Assembly (NCBI GenBank): GCA_002688265.1
Contig: NZCK01000007.1
Location: 33,685 to 97,684 of the forward strand
Reading direction: 5' to 3'
DNA from: an archaeon
Lineage (GTDB): Archaea > Nanobdellota > Nanobdellia > Woesearchaeales > GW2011-AR9
DNA length: 64,000 bases
This document shows, in pieces, positions 9,233 through 19,525 of the stretch. Below the pieces are notes generated by a model, which did no database searches, had not been told where the DNA came from, and saw nothing but the letters and a program-made list of their open reading frames with translations. The position numbers and the translations under genes were made by a program. Numbering within the stretch: position 1 is the first letter of the stretch; each line of letters opens with the position of its first letter.

Positions 9233-10360
9233 ATGGAAAAAATATTCTGGGGAGCAACTTCTCAAATAGGAGAATTTCATAAAAACAAATTTCAAGAATT
9301 TTTATCAAAAGGGCCTAATGAATTAAAAAAACTTTGCACAAAAAGTAATGGACGCCTAAGACACATCATCCGAGCAGAACACATGGATAAGGAATTCTTG
9401 AACATTATATATTACACTGCCAATGCAGCTAGAAAAATAAGTAAAATTGATCCAAACTACCTTAAACAAAAATTACAACATGTATCAATACTAAATTATT
9501 TTGCACAACCAAGCAGTAGAACTTTTCTCTCTTTCTCTCGAGCTGAAAGTAAACTTGGTATCCAGCGAGAAGAAGTTAGAGAACTGCAAACATCAAGCAC
9601 AGTTAAAGGTGAATCAGATTTAGATTCAATTAGAACTTTAAGTTCGTATTTTGAAGGGATGGTTATTCGTCACCCCAGCAATCAATTTGATGCATTTGCA
9701 GTATGGGCCTTACACAACTCAGCAAGACCAATTCCCATTATTAACGCTGGGAGTGGGAGCCAAGAACATCCAACTCAAGCATTACTTGATTATTACACTA
9801 TTAAAAGATCACTTAAAAAAATAGATGGCATCTCAGTTGCATTTGTGGGAGATTGTCTGCGAGGAAGAACGGTTCGCTCAGCTGCTAAATTGCTTTGTTT
9901 GTATAATGATGTTACACTATACTTTGTTGCACCAGAACATTTGCAAATTGATGAAGAAACCCAAGAATATTGTAGGTCCAATGGATTAAAAGTACACAAA
10001 ATTTCAACAGAAATTAAAGAAATTATTAAAGAAGTTGATGTATTATACATGACTAGAATTCAAAATGAACACGGAGGCGATGGAAAGTATCCTCTTGAGT
10101 TTAAACTAAATTTAGAAATGCTTGAAGCTATGAAAGAAAATAGTATTATTATGCATCCAATGCCCAAACGTGAAGAGATGGACCCAAGAATTGATTATCT
10201 AAAAAATAATCCAAAGGTAATGATTTGGCGTCAACAAAGAAATGGTATGTGGGTTAGAGTTGCAGTATTGGCTTACATTTATGGCAAAGACTTAGAAATT
10301 AGGAACCATTATGCGAAAATTGAACAAAAAATGGCTAAAATTCTTAGACATAAAGTTTAA
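9233..10360 (+). CDS. pyrB: Aspartate carbamoyltransferase catalytic subunit
   Basis: PSSRTFLSF, KGES, INAG...EHPTQALLD, YMTRIQ, MHPMP motifs. Confidence 0.9.
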   Translation: MEKIFWGATSQIGEFHKNKFQEFLSKGPNELKKLCTKSNGRLRHIIRAEHMDKEFLNIIYYTANAARKISKIDPNYLKQKLQHVSILNYFAQPSSRTFLSFSRAESKLGIQREEVRELQTSSTVKGESDLDSIRTLSSYFEGMVIRHPSNQFDAFAVWALHNSARPIPIINAGSGSQEHPTQALLDYYTIKRSLKKIDGISVAFVGDCLRGRTVRSAAKLLCLYNDVTLYFVAPEHLQIDEETQEYCRSNGLKVHKISTEIKEIIKEVDVLYMTRIQNEHGGDGKYPLEFKLNLEMLEAMKENSIIMHPMPKREEMDPRIDYLKNNPKVMIWRQQRNGMWVRVAVLAYIYGKDLEIRNHYAKIEQKMAKILRHKV

Positions 10361-10384
10361 AATAAGCAAAAAAAATCAGTTCTT

Positions 10385-10717
10385 GTGAAATTTAAATTAG
10401 AAACAAAACAATCAAAAGCTATTCGCATATCTTTGCTAGATGATTCAGGGAAAGAAGTAGCTCGAGCGTTCATGTTTCTAATCACTAACGACTTACATGA
10501 AGGGCCATATGCGCTTTTAGAAGATGTATTTGTGAATGAAGAATTTAGGGGTCAAGGCTTAGGAAAACAGATTGTAAAGAAGGCTGTTGAAGAAGCCAAA
10601 AGTCTTGGGTGTTATAAAATAATTGGAACTAGCAGAAACTTAAGGGAAAAAGTTCACGAGTTCTATCGATTATTGGGTTTTGAAGAATACGGTAAAGAAT
10701 TTCGAATGAATCTATAA
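10385..10717 (+). CDS. GNAT family acetyltransferase
   Basis: EDVFVNEEFRGQGLGK (motif A); FYRLLGF. Confidence 0.9.
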   Translation: MKFKLETKQSKAIRISLLDDSGKEVARAFMFLITNDLHEGPYALLEDVFVNEEFRGQGLGKQIVKKAVEEAKSLGCYKIIGTSRNLREKVHEFYRLLGFEEYGKEFRMNL

Positions 10718-10724
10718 GAAGTTA

Positions 10725-10740
10725 CCAAAATACTTATAAA
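10725..10740 (+). promoter_or_regulatory. BRE/TATA promoter of tRNA-Phe
   Basis: CCAAAA.TACTTATAAA, ending 28 bp upstream of the tRNA 5' end. Confidence 0.6.
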
Positions 10741-10767
10741 CAGATTATTAGATTCTTGTGATTATAC

Positions 10768-10877
10768 GGGACTGTAGCTCAGCGGGAGAGCGCCAGACTG
10801 AAGATGCTCAAAAATCAGTGGTTTTTGGCCAATCATCTGACATCTGGATGTCAAGGGTTCAAATCCCTTCAGTCCCA
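10768..10877 (+). tRNA. tRNA-Phe(GAA) with 38-nt intron (10804-10841) at position 37/38
   Basis: Acceptor stem GGGACTG/CAGTCCC; anticodon stem CCAGA/TCTGG with GAA at 10800-10802; T-loop GGTTCAAATCC; near-canonical bulge-helix-bulge; CCA not encoded. Confidence 0.93.
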
Positions 10878-10959
10878 CTTTCTTTCCAATAATTTAAGTA
10901 CTCAAATAACTTCTTTAATTACCCCAGATTATAATTAAATAAAAGAGGAATTGATAAAA

Positions 10960-11409
10960 ATGGCAAATGAATTTATGGGAAGTTTACTCTTTGGATTAAT
11001 TGCATTAGTTGGGTTGTTAGCAATTGCATTATATGTCTATGGATCACTAGCACTAATGACTATTGCAAAACGAACTAAAACTGAAAACGCATGGCTAGCT
11101 TGGATTCCAATTGCAAACATCTACTTGATGATGAGAATTGGAAAACTGCCAACTTGGTCACTGGCACTTTGGGCACTAATTTTTGTTCCAATGCTTGGAG
11201 GACTTACTGCAGCCGGAATGAATGTGTGGTACTGGTGGATGATTGCAGAAAGACGAGGTAAAGAAGGATGGTGGGGCATCTTAATGTTAGTTCCAATTCT
11301 GAATTTGGTTTTACTAGGAATTTTAGCTTGGGGAGAAGATGAGAAGAAGCCCGCAGCAAAGAAGAAAAAGAAGGTAGCTAAGAAAAAGGTTACAACGCGC
11401 AAGAGATGA
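10960..11409 (+). CDS. Membrane protein (DUF5684-like) with Lys-rich tail
   Basis: AWLAWIPIANIY and WWGILMLVPILNLV patterns; 3-4 TM segments. Confidence 0.75.
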   Translation: MANEFMGSLLFGLIALVGLLAIALYVYGSLALMTIAKRTKTENAWLAWIPIANIYLMMRIGKLPTWSLALWALIFVPMLGGLTAAGMNVWYWWMIAERRGKEGWWGILMLVPILNLVLLGILAWGEDEKKPAAKKKKKVAKKKVTTRKR

Positions 11410-11458
11410 TTTGTTTTTTGTTTTTATTTATTTCATCTTGTTTTTTATTCAAGTTTCT

Positions 11459-13699
11459 TTATCCTAGCGTATTCTGCAACACAACACCAGCAAATAAATT
11501 GAACAGAATAATTACAACACCTGCAATCATACAATACAAACCAACACTCCTGGTTAAAGCCTTCCCAAGCGCATAACGTTCTCCTTGCTTATCAACACCA
11601 TTCTCAATACCATTAGCAAGCACAGTTAGAATATAAGCTAACTGAACTATGTAAATTCCCACAATCACCTGAAAATGAAATGTAGGAATACCAATTCCAA
11701 AAATAGTCACAAGGCCTCCAAAACCAGTACTCTCTCCACTACTTGAAAATTGAGATAACTGAGAACTTAATTTGGTTAGTACAGTTGAAATCATAGAAGT
11801 GATTCCAACCACAATTCCGGCAATCGCAGGAGTTAAAAACGCAACTTGTGCTTTCATACTTCCAATTACTTCTGCCATCAAATCTTTTAGTCGCTCTTCA
11901 ACTCGATGAATCTCTTTCATGTACCTGCTCATTGACAGAAGAGCTTGGGCAGCAATCAAAGGCCCACGTTTAATACTCTCAACTAAAACTTTCATAGAAG
12001 ACTCAATCACTTTTGAAGGATAAGAAACAACTGCTCCTACTTTGGGATCAAATAAAGATTCCTCCAAACCCATCCCTAACTTTAGAATATTTTTTTCAGC
12101 AAGGTTAAAAAATTCGCCAGAAGTTGAACCGCGCATTGTTTCAGCAACTTTAGCAAACGCAATCTCAGCCGGCAGACCATCACCTAATCTGTTCCCTAAT
12201 TGAAATAAGGCACTAGAAAATTCTTCTTCCAATTTCTTGGTGCGGTTACGGATCGCTATCACATTCTTGCTTCTTAATGAATAGAACAATCCTATCGACA
12301 ACCCAAAAGCTAAGATTACAACTAAAGAGAGTAGAGAAGCCCCCAAACCATAAGGACCCACCAAATCAGTGTCTTCACAACTTGCAAACTCAGGTGGACA
12401 AATATAACCCATCATAGAAATAGATTGATCCTCATTGGCAATTTCAAACCCTGGATCCACTGCGTGCAAGAGTATTGGACTCATACCAATAATAAACAAA
12501 AAAGCGAATAGAGTGATCGCGAAATAAAGGGGGTTAACTGCAAACTGAAAGTTTTTCCCTAAAGGAATAATTACGTTTTCATATCTCTTCAAACCAGGAT
12601 GACTTTTTACAGGGTCAGCTCCACCATAACCACTAGGCCTTTTTGAGAGAATTGTTTTTCCCAGATAAAATACTCCTACTGGCAATGTGATGTTATATAG
12701 CAAAGAAATGTAAATTGCCATAGTTAAAGTAGAAGTATCGCTGCTACTCATGAAACTTACAACTAATGGCAAAATTACCAAACCCAAAATTGGTAGGATA
12801 ATACCAAGCATATTCAGCATGGTCATTGGAGCCTTAAGATTATGCGCGTATCTTAGCATACCTTCGTATGTTCCGTCGAGGATCACATCCAAAGATTTGT
12901 CCAGAAGAGCAACTCTTCGATCATCACTTGGTTCTAATAAAGAAGATTCAATTAAATGAAAAGCTTCCACAAAATCACTATTCCACTCTTTCCAAGTTTC
13001 AAGGTAAGTGTCTGCAGAATCTTTGATTGATGAGAACTTTCCATTCTCTAAATCCCAAAGCATTTTTCGAAAATCAAGAGAAAGTGGAGCATCTAAATGT
13101 TCAGCTGCAAAAGCAATTGCCCTTTCTAGGTTAGAAGTATGGCGCATATAAGTTACTAAATAAAAAACACTTTGCACCATTTGATTACTTGCCTGAATCC
13201 TCCATTGATCAGCAAAAAATTGAGGTATCTTTTGGAAGGCAAAAATCATGGCCATCCCAAAAAAGATACAAAAGAAAACTAGAAACATCATATTAAAAAT
13301 TGCAAACGCGATTAAAGAACCAAATACAATAAACAGCATTGGCACCATGAATGATAGAGCTATTACTCCACTTGGGGTGCAGTTAAGATGACATGTTTCA
13401 ATTTGTTTAGTTAAGGTGGCAGCTTGTTTAGCATCAACCTTAAGTTTGAAAATAGATTCTGCTTTGTTACAAGCCTTTTCATAGAATGTAAAATGAGCAG
13501 GATAAATCTCTGACTTAAACTCTGAGTATTCACGGCTACCAACTGGAGTTGCTCCGGCACCGTCAGCTGAGACGCCAACATCTCCAAATTCAGCTTTGAT
13601 CCGCTCTTTATATTTAACTAAAATATCACCATACTCTTCCTCCCCGGAATCATCCTGAACTGGCGCTAACTCATTAGGATCATTTGTTTCATCCACCAC
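11459..13699 (-). CDS. Type IV filament/T2SS-F (TadC/PilC/ArlJ-like) membrane platform protein
   Basis: Two T2SSF-like cytoplasmic repeats (YMRHTSNLERAI...PLSLDF; EEEFSSALFQLGNRLGDGLP), each followed by TM clusters; next to a secretion ATPase. Confidence 0.8.
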   Translation of the reverse strand: MVDETNDPNELAPVQDDSGEEEYGDILVKYKERIKAEFGDVGVSADGAGATPVGSREYSEFKSEIYPAHFTFYEKACNKAESIFKLKVDAKQAATLTKQIETCHLNCTPSGVIALSFMVPMLFIVFGSLIAFAIFNMMFLVFFCIFFGMAMIFAFQKIPQFFADQWRIQASNQMVQSVFYLVTYMRHTSNLERAIAFAAEHLDAPLSLDFRKMLWDLENGKFSSIKDSADTYLETWKEWNSDFVEAFHLIESSLLEPSDDRRVALLDKSLDVILDGTYEGMLRYAHNLKAPMTMLNMLGIILPILGLVILPLVVSFMSSSDTSTLTMAIYISLLYNITLPVGVFYLGKTILSKRPSGYGGADPVKSHPGLKRYENVIIPLGKNFQFAVNPLYFAITLFAFLFIIGMSPILLHAVDPGFEIANEDQSISMMGYICPPEFASCEDTDLVGPYGLGASLLSLVVILAFGLSIGLFYSLRSKNVIAIRNRTKKLEEEFSSALFQLGNRLGDGLPAEIAFAKVAETMRGSTSGEFFNLAEKNILKLGMGLEESLFDPKVGAVVSYPSKVIESSMKVLVESIKRGPLIAAQALLSMSRYMKEIHRVEERLKDLMAEVIGSMKAQVAFLTPAIAGIVVGITSMISTVLTKLSSQLSQFSSSGESTGFGGLVTIFGIGIPTFHFQVIVGIYIVQLAYILTVLANGIENGVDKQGERYALGKALTRSVGLYCMIAGVVIILFNLFAGVVLQNTLG

Positions 13700-13809
13700 A
13701 GCATAGAATGAATGAAAAGGGGTTTAAAAATAGTTTGGTTAAAGAAGGAGTTATCTCTTAACATGAAACCCAAATATTTATCAATAGAAAGTGAGTTATA
13801 TAGGTTAAA

Positions 13810-16569
13810 ATGAGGTGGAGTAAGTTTTCTTTAGTAGTATTAATTAGTTCTCTCTTAACTCCAATCTTTGCTTATGCTTCAGTTTCTAGCATTATCTCTA
13901 ATGTATTTGATACTATAATTAGTATAGGCTCGCTATCCTTCTTAGGTTTTCCAGGAGGAGACGATATTACTTCATTCTTAAGAATACTAATATTCATTCT
14001 AACATTTACTATCTATTTTACAGTTCTGACTGCTGCAAATGGATTCTTAAAAATATTTCAAAGAAACATTGCAATTGTAATTGCACTCATCTTATCAATA
14101 ATTACAACAATCTTTATTCCATCAACAGTGATGATAGCTTCAGGTACTGCTCTTGGAACATTAGTTTCAGTAGCATTACTGGCAGCCCCACTTCTTGGAA
14201 TATTGGCTTTGATCTTTTTCTTACCTGATCGTCCATGCTGGTGGTGGTTAGTTAAGTTATTTATTGCAGTTATTCTTTATTGGGTTTCAACACAAACACA
14301 AAATTACTTGGCTGATCCTGCATTTTCTTTCTCTACAAATGTGGCTGCAAGTTTAGCAGGCTTTTGGGAATGGATACTGTTTATTGAATTCTTAATTATA
14401 TTGTATTTGATCTATAAGTTACTCACTTGTGGAGATGATGAAACCGGAATTCCACTAAATCCAAAAGAATTGTTAGATAGAATTAAAAGAATAATTAATC
14501 CGAACGCGCCTGATCCTGGACGAGATGATCCCGATGGTGAGGAAGACCATTCTCCACCACCACCTCCTAATCCAGGAGCTAAGCCACCTAATTCAAATGA
14601 AGGAGATAATCCTATCCCTCCAGATAATCCTAAACTTAATGAACCAAAACATAAACCTATCCCTGGCACGCCTTTCTATAAACCAAAAAAACCAAAACCT
14701 CCTAAAGAAAAAAGAATTAAGATTGATTTATCTCCTTGGTTTCTTTCGGTTAGAAATCAAGATGGGCTTGGGGCTTGTGCTGCCTTTGCAGGTTCATCAA
14801 TTATGGAATACATCATTAATAGAATCTCTGGTTATCTTAATTACGATTACAAATTATCTGAATTATTTCTTTGGTACAACGCAAGAGAAGATAAGAACAG
14901 CAACTCTGGAACATGGCCTGTAGATTTAATGAATGAACTTCTAAAACAAGGTGATTGTAAAGAAAAATTATGGTCATTTGAAGGTGTAACTTCAACTAAG
15001 TATTTACAAATGCCCTTACAAAATTGTTTCCAAGATGCTTTGCAACAAAGAGCACTATCTGTTAAAAATGTTTCAACAGACCCAGACGAATGGATAAGAA
15101 TTCTTCTTGATGAACATCCATTATATTTTGGAATAGGAGTTCCACAAAATTTTGGCAAAGCTTATCTCACTGGAAAACCATTATATGAAAAAATAATATG
15201 GCCAACCAAAGGTGGGCATGGAATGGTAATTGTAGGATACGATTCACATTATCCTACACCTGATGGAAGAAAAATAGAAGCATTTAAAGTTAGAAATAGT
15301 TGGGGAGAACTCTTTGGAGAAGGAGGATACATTTGGATTCCAAGAATTTTATTACGAAATATGATTAACAAACAAGGGGATACACTTTACATCATTGACG
15401 GATGGAATAACAAAAAAGGAGACAAACAACTTTACACAATCAAAGGACGAGCAGTGTTTGATGATAAAAGATTCAAAGGATTTCCAGCAGTACCAAAACA
15501 ATGGACAGGACATCAAATTGTAAAGAGTAGCAAAATTAGTGCACCAAACGATCACGCATTCAAAGTTGCAGTAATGGCACAAATTCAAGGAAGGCCTGTG
15601 TTTTTGCCTGAAGCCGAAACTGTTGTACAAACAGGACAAAACGGAATGTTTAAACTTCAATTTACAGCTGATCCAACTCAATTTCAAAAACTAACACAGT
15701 TTCCTGAAGCATTTCCTCAACTCAAAGGAGTTGATTTTTCTAAACAAGCACCAGGATTAATTGTTGTTAAGAAACCTTACATGGAAGAAAACAGTGATAT
15801 GCACCAATGGTTCTTCCATGTTGCACAATTCAAATATTCTCACGCAGGACGGGGAGGAGAAGGGCACCACGAACCAACAAATCCTAGAAGCGATATTGCT
15901 AGTAAAACAAAAATACACTTTTCAGGTCGGCCAATTCAATTTGGACCTAACCATGATACTGAAGAGAATGTAGTAATTCCAGTAATGTTCTATGAAGAGA
16001 ATAAAACTGAGAACGAAGAAGATGAAGAGAAGAAAAAACATAAAGCAAAACTAGCTCTTGAGAGAATCCATAAACATGCCAAGAAAGAGTTGGATTGGAC
16101 GATGAGAGAATCAGACTTGTTAGTTGGTTTAGAACCTTCTTTACTAGCACAAGATATAAAAGCGTTTAGGCGGTTAGATAGCAGAATAAATCAAGCTTCA
16201 AGAAGAATTTATCGCGAATTTGTTACACTTAAGAAAACAATTAGTCATGAGACAAAGTCTCTTCCTTCAGGATTAAATAAAAAATTAAGTGGCAAACTAG
16301 AACAGTTAAGTGTAGCTGAGAAGAATTTTATTTTATTCTTACAATCATCAGATCCTATTCAAACTTCAGAAAACCCCAAACAACTGTCTGTTGAAGCTGC
16401 TAAAAAATATCTACAAAAACACCATAATGACGAAAGCAAAAAACAAGAGGTTGAACAAGCATGGATTGATTTAAGTTTTAGTTTTAAAGATTTGAAGAAA
16501 TGGCTAGCAGCAATGGTAACAACACTTGAAGATGTTGTTGAGTTGAGTGGCGAAAAGAAAGCAAAATAA
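13810..16569 (+). CDS. Membrane-anchored papain-like (C1A) cysteine peptidase with Pro-rich linker and C-terminal helical domain
   Basis: VRNQDGLGACAAFA, GGHGMVIVGYD, VRNSWG...GEGGYIW; about 6 N-terminal TM segments. Confidence 0.9.
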   Translation: MRWSKFSLVVLISSLLTPIFAYASVSSIISNVFDTIISIGSLSFLGFPGGDDITSFLRILIFILTFTIYFTVLTAANGFLKIFQRNIAIVIALILSIITTIFIPSTVMIASGTALGTLVSVALLAAPLLGILALIFFLPDRPCWWWLVKLFIAVILYWVSTQTQNYLADPAFSFSTNVAASLAGFWEWILFIEFLIILYLIYKLLTCGDDETGIPLNPKELLDRIKRIINPNAPDPGRDDPDGEEDHSPPPPPNPGAKPPNSNEGDNPIPPDNPKLNEPKHKPIPGTPFYKPKKPKPPKEKRIKIDLSPWFLSVRNQDGLGACAAFAGSSIMEYIINRISGYLNYDYKLSELFLWYNAREDKNSNSGTWPVDLMNELLKQGDCKEKLWSFEGVTSTKYLQMPLQNCFQDALQQRALSVKNVSTDPDEWIRILLDEHPLYFGIGVPQNFGKAYLTGKPLYEKIIWPTKGGHGMVIVGYDSHYPTPDGRKIEAFKVRNSWGELFGEGGYIWIPRILLRNMINKQGDTLYIIDGWNNKKGDKQLYTIKGRAVFDDKRFKGFPAVPKQWTGHQIVKSSKISAPNDHAFKVAVMAQIQGRPVFLPEAETVVQTGQNGMFKLQFTADPTQFQKLTQFPEAFPQLKGVDFSKQAPGLIVVKKPYMEENSDMHQWFFHVAQFKYSHAGRGGEGHHEPTNPRSDIASKTKIHFSGRPIQFGPNHDTEENVVIPVMFYEENKTENEEDEEKKKHKAKLALERIHKHAKKELDWTMRESDLLVGLEPSLLAQDIKAFRRLDSRINQASRRIYREFVTLKKTISHETKSLPSGLNKKLSGKLEQLSVAEKNFILFLQSSDPIQTSENPKQLSVEAAKKYLQKHHNDESKKQEVEQAWIDLSFSFKDLKKWLAAMVTTLEDVVELSGEKKAK

Positions 16570-16607
16570 TTGTTATTAATTCTAATTATCTACACAATAA
16601 CCATAAA

Positions 16608-18932
16608 TTAAGAATCTATTCTATGCTGCCGTTCTGCTTTTCTCTTAATCACTTCATTATCTAACCAACGTTTGTATTCAAAGAATATCCTATCAGGATC
16701 TAAATGTCCACGATCTTCTAACACCTTGCCACTTAAAATATGAAACTTATCATTAGCTCTAATCACAAACTCAGCTTCAAACATATCATGATCATTGGCT
16801 GCCACTGCAGCATCTACCAAAGCTTGCTTACACTTCCCCCTTAGAACTATATTATTCCAAACAGCATCCCAGTCTCCAGCAAACTCTTTAATTGAACCTG
16901 CCATCCTCTTTAGAATTTCAGAATTACCATTGATCAAATCGTCAGTGATTTCAAGTTCGTCAGTTTTAGGATTGTAAACCATCAAATCGACAAAAGCACC
17001 TTCCTTAAGTGGATCCTCTTCCCACTGCTTTCTAATCTCAGTCACTCTTAGAACACGCTTGAGTTTCTTCATCCCACTAGCACTCCTCACTGGATTAACA
17101 TTGATAATTATATCAGTTGCCTTAAATGAAGTTCTTGGAACCCCAATATCATTAACAACACGATCGTAAACACCATAAGGGCTGGCTGCGTGAATTGTTC
17201 CAGCTACAACGTTTGCTGCAGCACCAACTCTCATTGCTTCGAAAAGAGCTATTGCTTCTTTACTACGTACTTCCCCTACAATTAATGCACTGTCCCCTAA
17301 TCTTAAGGTTGATCTGATTCCAGTTGACGCATCAACCTCACTACCTTTCTCAACTGATAATGAAGAACCAACTTTCAAAGTTTCAATATTGTATCCAAGC
17401 GCTCTTAATGACTCATTAGGAATTTCTAATGTGTCTTCTAGTGTAATAATTCGATACCTGCGCATCATTTCTACTAGCACGCTTCCAAGATAAGAAGACT
17501 TACCACTACTTCTGGTCCCTGCGATAAGAATTGTCGCGTTACCATCGATAATAAAACTTAATAATCCTGCGCATGTGGCATTCATCATCTTAAATTTTGG
17601 ACTCATATACAAAGGAAATGTCCAAGGATGATCTCTGTGCCTTCGAAATGAAAAACCAATCCCAAACGGATCTAATGGTGCAGTAACTGCACTAACACGA
17701 GAGCTAAAACCCTCTACTTTCAATTCAGTATCTAAAATGGGGTTTGCTTCATCTAGTGGCCTTCCACTAATTAGCCTTAATTTTGTTGCCCAAGAATCAA
17801 CCTCTTGCGTTGTTGGATAAACATTAGTGTAACAATCACCATAGTCTTGATGCACAATAAAAATTGGTACCTCTCCATTTGGTGAATTAATATTTACATC
17901 TTGAATTTTTGGATCAGAAAGAAAGAGTTCAATAAGACCAAAACCAACTGTGTATCTTAAAAGAGCTTTGGCCAAAGCATCGATTCTACTCTCTTTCATC
18001 TTTAACTTTTTGTGTTGACTCAAATCTAACAACATATCTTTACCAATATTGAAAAACACTTCTCGCATTCTCTGCGGATCTACAAACTCCTTTTGAGTAG
18101 GTTTGTGCTCTGAAAGAATTCGTTTGGCTGCATCCAAAAGTTCGTATTCACTCTCTGAAAAAGTCATCTCTGGCGGTGTTATATGATACAAATATTTTAT
18201 AGAGTCATCAAAACCAAAAACATTGACTTCAACCTTATCGTCCCCTTCTCCAAAAGAATAACTTTCAAGTAGATTTCCTCCGACAGGAAATTCACTTTGT
18301 AATTTAGTATACATAAAATCTGGCCGTGTACTTGGATGCAAAACATAACCATAGATTTGCCGATCACCATGCTGATAATCTTTAAGATGAGGAAACAAAT
18401 TCCTAAGAATTGTTAACTGTTCTAATTTAGCTAAGGCATCAAGTAAAATGTGCACAAATTTTGTTTGACTCGCTTTATGTTCTTCACCCACTACGTTAGA
18501 TAGTTTGATCTTTTCTTGTCGCTCTAAACGTTTTAACTCTACATACGCTGCAACTGGGTCTTCTTTAAGCCGTTTTGAGAGGATTGCTTGAAACTGAGCA
18601 AAGGCAGATCGAATATATTTCTCATGCACAGGGTCAACAACAATATGTGAGTAGAGAAATCTTTCTTCTTTGCTGAATTTGCGGTAAAGTTGGGCTAATT
18701 CACTTAGTAGTTTTACTTGTGATAAATCATAATCATATTCGCGTTTTTGCGAAAGGATAATATTAGTAATTCCAGAATTTTGTAGCAACATATCAATAAC
18801 TTTACCCATACATTGCTCGCTGTACTCAATTGAAGGAGGGAACATACACTTTTCTAGGTAAATCTTTAAAATTTTATTTTCGCCTTCGTGGTAAATATCA
18901 AAAGCGAAACATTCTTTGGTGCTAGTATCCAT
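16608..18932 (-). CDS. Type II/IV secretion system ATPase (TadA/VirB11/ArlI family)
   Basis: Walker A GTRSSGKS, Asp box TLEDTLE, Walker B LIVGEVR, His box GTIHA. Confidence 0.92.
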   Translation of the reverse strand: MDTSTKECFAFDIYHEGENKILKIYLEKCMFPPSIEYSEQCMGKVIDMLLQNSGITNIILSQKREYDYDLSQVKLLSELAQLYRKFSKEERFLYSHIVVDPVHEKYIRSAFAQFQAILSKRLKEDPVAAYVELKRLERQEKIKLSNVVGEEHKASQTKFVHILLDALAKLEQLTILRNLFPHLKDYQHGDRQIYGYVLHPSTRPDFMYTKLQSEFPVGGNLLESYSFGEGDDKVEVNVFGFDDSIKYLYHITPPEMTFSESEYELLDAAKRILSEHKPTQKEFVDPQRMREVFFNIGKDMLLDLSQHKKLKMKESRIDALAKALLRYTVGFGLIELFLSDPKIQDVNINSPNGEVPIFIVHQDYGDCYTNVYPTTQEVDSWATKLRLISGRPLDEANPILDTELKVEGFSSRVSAVTAPLDPFGIGFSFRRHRDHPWTFPLYMSPKFKMMNATCAGLLSFIIDGNATILIAGTRSSGKSSYLGSVLVEMMRRYRIITLEDTLEIPNESLRALGYNIETLKVGSSLSVEKGSEVDASTGIRSTLRLGDSALIVGEVRSKEAIALFEAMRVGAAANVVAGTIHAASPYGVYDRVVNDIGVPRTSFKATDIIINVNPVRSASGMKKLKRVLRVTEIRKQWEEDPLKEGAFVDLMVYNPKTDELEITDDLINGNSEILKRMAGSIKEFAGDWDAVWNNIVLRGKCKQALVDAAVAANDHDMFEAEFVIRANDKFHILSGKVLEDRGHLDPDRIFFEYKRWLDNEVIKRKAERQHRIDS

Positions 18933-19045
18933 AATTTATCCTCTTTTTTGTTTCTTATTCTTTTGTCTTTATTATGCTTTTGGGTTGTTGAGTAAACAAA
19001 AAAACCTATCCTTTATATACCAAAAACTCCTTTCTTCTAGTTAGG

Positions 19046-19489
19046 ATGGATTTTGGAAAGAAACCAGCAGCGCCGGCCCCTAAACAAGAATTTGATAGCG
19101 CAAAAATGTTTACATGGGCTAAAGCATTAGAATCAAAACTGAATGGACTTAGGCGAGAATTTGATCTAGTTAAAAACAATTCTACAAGATCAGGGCAAGA
19201 CACTAAACAAAATATTCAAAATATTAATAGTGAGTTAACTGAATTGCAGCATAAAGTTAGCAAGATGGATGAAAAACTAGATTTAATTGTAGCAGAATTG
19301 AAAAGGACAGCTGGAAGCGAGGAACTAGATGTTTTGAAGAAATACATTGAGTTTTGGAACCCAATGGAATTTGTAACACAAAAAGATATTGACAGGATTG
19401 TAGAACAGAAAATGCAAGATTTTAAACATAACTCTGACAGTCCCGATAAACAAGAACAAGCACAAGATATAAAAAATACAGAAGATTAG
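19046..19489 (+). CDS. Coiled-coil protein divergent from the secretion ATPase
   Basis: Heptad-rich; LKKYIEFWNPMEFVT motif. Confidence 0.75.
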   Translation: MDFGKKPAAPAPKQEFDSAKMFTWAKALESKLNGLRREFDLVKNNSTRSGQDTKQNIQNINSELTELQHKVSKMDEKLDLIVAELKRTAGSEELDVLKKYIEFWNPMEFVTQKDIDRIVEQKMQDFKHNSDSPDKQEQAQDIKNTED

Positions 19490-19525
19490 ATTATTATTAT
19501 AATAACAAAAATTAGGTGATAAAGG

